The translations under genes and the position numbers were made by a program. This document shows positions 61,213 to 64,000 of a stretch of 64,000 nt of DNA, one piece after another; within the stretch, counting starts at the first letter, position 1, and each line of letters starts with the position of its first letter. This DNA is from Cryomorphaceae bacterium (GTDB taxonomy: Bacteria; Bacteroidota; Bacteroidia; Flavobacteriales; UBA7430), in assembly GCA_019649675.1 (NCBI GenBank), contig BOWN01000001.1, forward strand, positions 354,868 to 418,867, written 5' to 3'. Below the pieces are notes generated by a model that was given only the letters and a program-made list of their open reading frames with translations, was not told where the DNA came from and ran no database searches.

Positions 61213-61599
61213 TTATTTATTGTTTTTCTGCATTTTCGCCTCAATACTCAAAGTGGCATGAGGAACTAATTTTAAACGCTCCTTATTGATAAGTTTTCCG
61301 GTAACTCTACAAATGCCATAGGTTTTATTTTCAATGCGAATTAAGGCATTGTTTAGATCGCGGATAAATTTTTCTTGTCGTTGTGCTAAAATAGAATTTG
61401 ACTCTTTAGAAAGGGTTTCAGATCCTTCTTCAAAGGCTTTAAAAGCAGAATACGTGTCATTGGTCCCATTTCCTGCTCCCTGAGTAATAGAATCTCTTAA
61501 ACGCTTTAGGTCTTTTTTAGCAGAGGTGATTTTATCTTGAATTAAAGTTTTGAACTCTGCCAAATCTTTGTCTGAATATCTTTTACTGGTTTCTATCAT
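61213..61599 (-). CDS. DksA/TraR-family zinc-finger-type regulator
   Basis: 128 aa. Coiled-coil N-terminal part and C-terminal YGICRVTGKLINKERLKLVPHATLSIEAK. Sits between ileS and lspA, as I recall for Bacteroidota. Confidence 0.8.
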   Translation of the reverse strand: MIETSKRYSDKDLAEFKTLIQDKITSAKKDLKRLRDSITQGAGNGTNDTYSAFKAFEEGSETLSKESNSILAQRQEKFIRDLNNALIRIENKTYGICRVTGKLINKERLKLVPHATLSIEAKMQKNNK

Positions 61600-61632
61600 A
61601 ACTATTATAATTTATGTGGGGGGGCTTATAAT

Positions 61633-64000
61633 CTATTTTGTAAATGCAATATAAGTTTTTATCTCATCAAATTCAACGGGTACAGCATTTTTAGGCTCTG
61701 GCATGACAAATAAGAATATCATCAGCAAGTGTTTCACCGCAAATATAAGTTTTGTTTGATGCAATAGCTGACTCTATTTTATCATTATGAGCAATGCTTA
61801 AAGTAATGCGATCGGTAACTTCCAATCCGGCATCTTTTCGTATGTTTTGAATGCGGTTAATCAATTCTCTAGCAATACCTTCTTCCAGTAATTCCTCATT
61901 GATACTCACATCAAGCGCCACAGTCATGCCTTTATTGTTTGCCACCAATAAGCCAGGAATGTCTTGTGAGCTAATAAACACATCATCTTTAGAAATTTCT
62001 ATTTCGGTGCCATCAGCATCTATACAATAGCTGTTTTCTTTTTCAAGCTTCATTATGTCTTCCTGATTAAAGGCAGAAATAGCGGCGGCAATGGCTTTCA
62101 TGTGTTTACCATACTTAGGGCCTAAAGCCTTGAAATTGGCCTTAATTTCTTTCACTAAAATTTCCGAATCTTCCGACATAAACTCTAATTCTTTCACATT
62201 TACTTCCGAGAGAACCAAATCTTTAATGGGCATTAATCTGTGCTTTCATTTTTGCATCAGAAGCAGGAATCATTATTTTTTGAAGTGGCTGACGCACTCT
62301 TAATTTCTCTTTCTTTCTTAAAGAAAGAACCATAGAAGTAATGTTTTGTGCCATCTGCATACGCATCTCCAAATCCTTATCAATAAATCGCTCATCTGAT
62401 ACAGAAAATTCAGATAAATGAACAGATTCTTCCATAGTAAGCTCAGTAGCACCCAATAGATCTTTATACAATTTATCTGTAAAGAACGGTGCTATTGGAG
62501 AAGACATCTTCGCTATGTTAGCCAAACAGGTAAATAGTGTTTGGTATGCAGATATCTTATCCTGGGCATAGTCGCCTTTCCAAAATCTACGACGGCATAA
62601 ACGAACGTACCAATTACTTAGGTTCTCTGTAACAAAGTCTTGCAACAAACGTCCTGCACGTGTTGGCTCATAATCATTGTAAGCTTTATCTACGGCTTTC
62701 ATCAAAGTGTTTAATTCCGATAAAATCCAACGGTCAATTTCCGGTCGTTCTTCAATGGCAATATCTGCTTCAGAATAAGTAAAACCGTCAATATTAGCAT
62801 AAAGACTAAAGAAAGAGTATGTATTGTAAAGTGTACCGAAAAATTTTCTTTGCACTTCGGTAATGCCGTCCAAATCAAATTTTAAGTTATCCCAAGGTTG
62901 CGCGTTGGTAATCATATACCAGCGTGTTGCATCGGGTCCATATGTCTTCAAAGTTTCAAATGGGTCTACTGCGTTGCCCAATCGTTTCGACATTTTTTGA
63001 CCGTTTCTATCGAGAACCAAGCCATTAGAAATCACATTTTTATAGGCTACAGAATCGAAGCACATTGTCGCAATGGCATGAAGTGTGAAAAACCATCCAC
63101 GGGTTTGGTCTACACCTTCTGCAATAAAGTCTGCAGGGTAGGATGTTTGCCCATCAATCAGCTCTTTGTTCTCGAAAGGATAGTGCCATTGTGCATAAGG
63201 CATAGAGCCTGAATCAAACCAAACATCTATCAGGTCAGATTCTCTGTGCATTGGTTTACCACTGTCAGATACCAATACAATTTTGTCTACGTAATTTTTA
63301 TGTAAATCTATTTTGTCGTAATTCTCTTTCGACATGTTACCCGGATCAAAATCTGCAATAGGATTTTGCGCCATCATACCTGCAGCAACAGATTTCTCAC
63401 ATGCCTTGTAAAGTTCTTCTACAGAGCCAATACAAATGCGCTCATCGCCTTCTTCAGTTGACCATATAGGAATAGGTATTCCCCAGTAACGAGATCGAGA
63501 CAAATTCCAATCGTTTAAATTCTCTAACCAGTTTCCAAATCTTCCTGTACCGGTAGATGCAGGCTTCCAATTGATGGTTTTATTAAGTGCAATCATTCGG
63601 TCTTTCATCGCCGTCGACTTAATAAACCAAGAGTCTAATGGGTAGTATAAAACCGGTTTATCGGTTCGCCAACAATGCGGGTAAGAGTGTTCGTATTTTT
63701 CAACCTTAAAGGCTTTGTCTTGCTCTTTTAATTTAATCGCAATTTCTACATCAACAGATCTTTCTGGTGCTTTGCCTTCGGCATAGTATTCATTTTTCAC
63801 ATACATGCCAGCAAATTCTCCCATTTCAGGCACAAACCTTCCTTGGAGGTCTACAAGAGGACGCGGGTTGCCATTTTCGTCAAGCACCAACATCCCCGGA
63901 ACATCGAAATTTTTAGCCACCAAAGCATCATCTGCACCAAAAGTAGGTGCGCAATGAACAATACCAGTTCCATCTTCTGTCGTTACAAAATCTCCCGAAA
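61633..64000 (-). pseudogene. ileS: isoleucine--tRNA ligase, 3' part (5' end outside window), two frameshifts; probably sequence error
   Basis: The frame is open from the window edge (…SGDFVTTEDGTGIVHCAPTFGADDALVAKNFDVPG…). KMSKS loop GQKMSKRLGN. Break at ~62230 (…AQINA / PIKDLVLSEVNVKELEF…). The last part shifts near 61700 to …FVMPEPKNAVPVEFDEIKTYIAFTK-stop 61633. Confidence 0.93.

Noticed and set aside
61618-61624. G7 tract (C7 on the minus strand) about 20 nt upstream of the dksA/traR-like start, considered as a phase-variation switch
   Set aside because: It is a single short tract with no associated invertase or methylase context. Homopolymer lengths in this record are demonstrably unreliable.
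1-64000. Widespread frameshifts interpreted as genuine genome decay (a recently host-restricted symbiont) or as programmed or transcriptional-slippage recoding
   Set aside because: The lesions hit many essential single-copy genes at once (ileS, gmk, ispG, mrdA, rodA, nadD). They are deletion-biased at homopolymers of all four bases and are patchy along the contig. A consensus-quality artefact explains all of this more simply. It cannot be excluded without reads.

Overview
AT-rich chromosomal window (roughly one-third GC by eye, not computed), most likely from a Bacteroidota / Flavobacteriia-like bacterium. The evidence is several T9SS C-terminal sorting domains, TAnnTTTG -7 promoter boxes, a long-form IspG, an IPExxxVDY-type gene between rnc and pyk, and the ileS-dksA-lspA and yicC-gmk-nadD gene orders.

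Most of the window is housekeeping: purH, mreB-mreC-mreD-mrdA-rodA, ispG, tag, yicC-gmk-nadD, trkA, purN-rnhA, acpP-fabF-rnc-pyk, hppA, an aminotransferase-tyrA-DAHP synthase/chorismate mutase cluster, lysS, lipB and ileS-dksA-lspA.

Two stretches look accessory:
- 19372-27148 (minus strand): about 7.8 kb that reads as one giant Cys-rich secreted repeat protein. It runs from a signal peptide through at least 11 DS[YFW]GDGWNG modules, interleaved with at least 15 short GCTD..A.NY..A..DDGSC.Y knots, to a T9SS sorting domain. I cannot assign the repeat unit to a named family.
- 42960-48033 (minus strand): a tightly packed three-gene set of T9SS cargo proteins, namely an ASST-like propeller, a CotH+LTD protein and a Reg_prop-type propeller.

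The record carries dozens of single-base indels, mostly missing bases in homopolymers. They break essential genes (mrdA, rodA, ispG, gmk, nadD, hppA, tyrA, ileS and others). They are strongly clustered, and 27.4-40.5 kb has none that I can see. I read this as sequence or assembly error rather than biology, so interrupted genes are reported at full span as 'pseudogene' with that caveat.

I saw no rRNA, tRNA, CRISPR array, transposase or integrase. Everything was read by eye from the sequence and the ORF track. Motif positions inside the giant gene are approximate, and all family assignments are from memory of conserved motifs.
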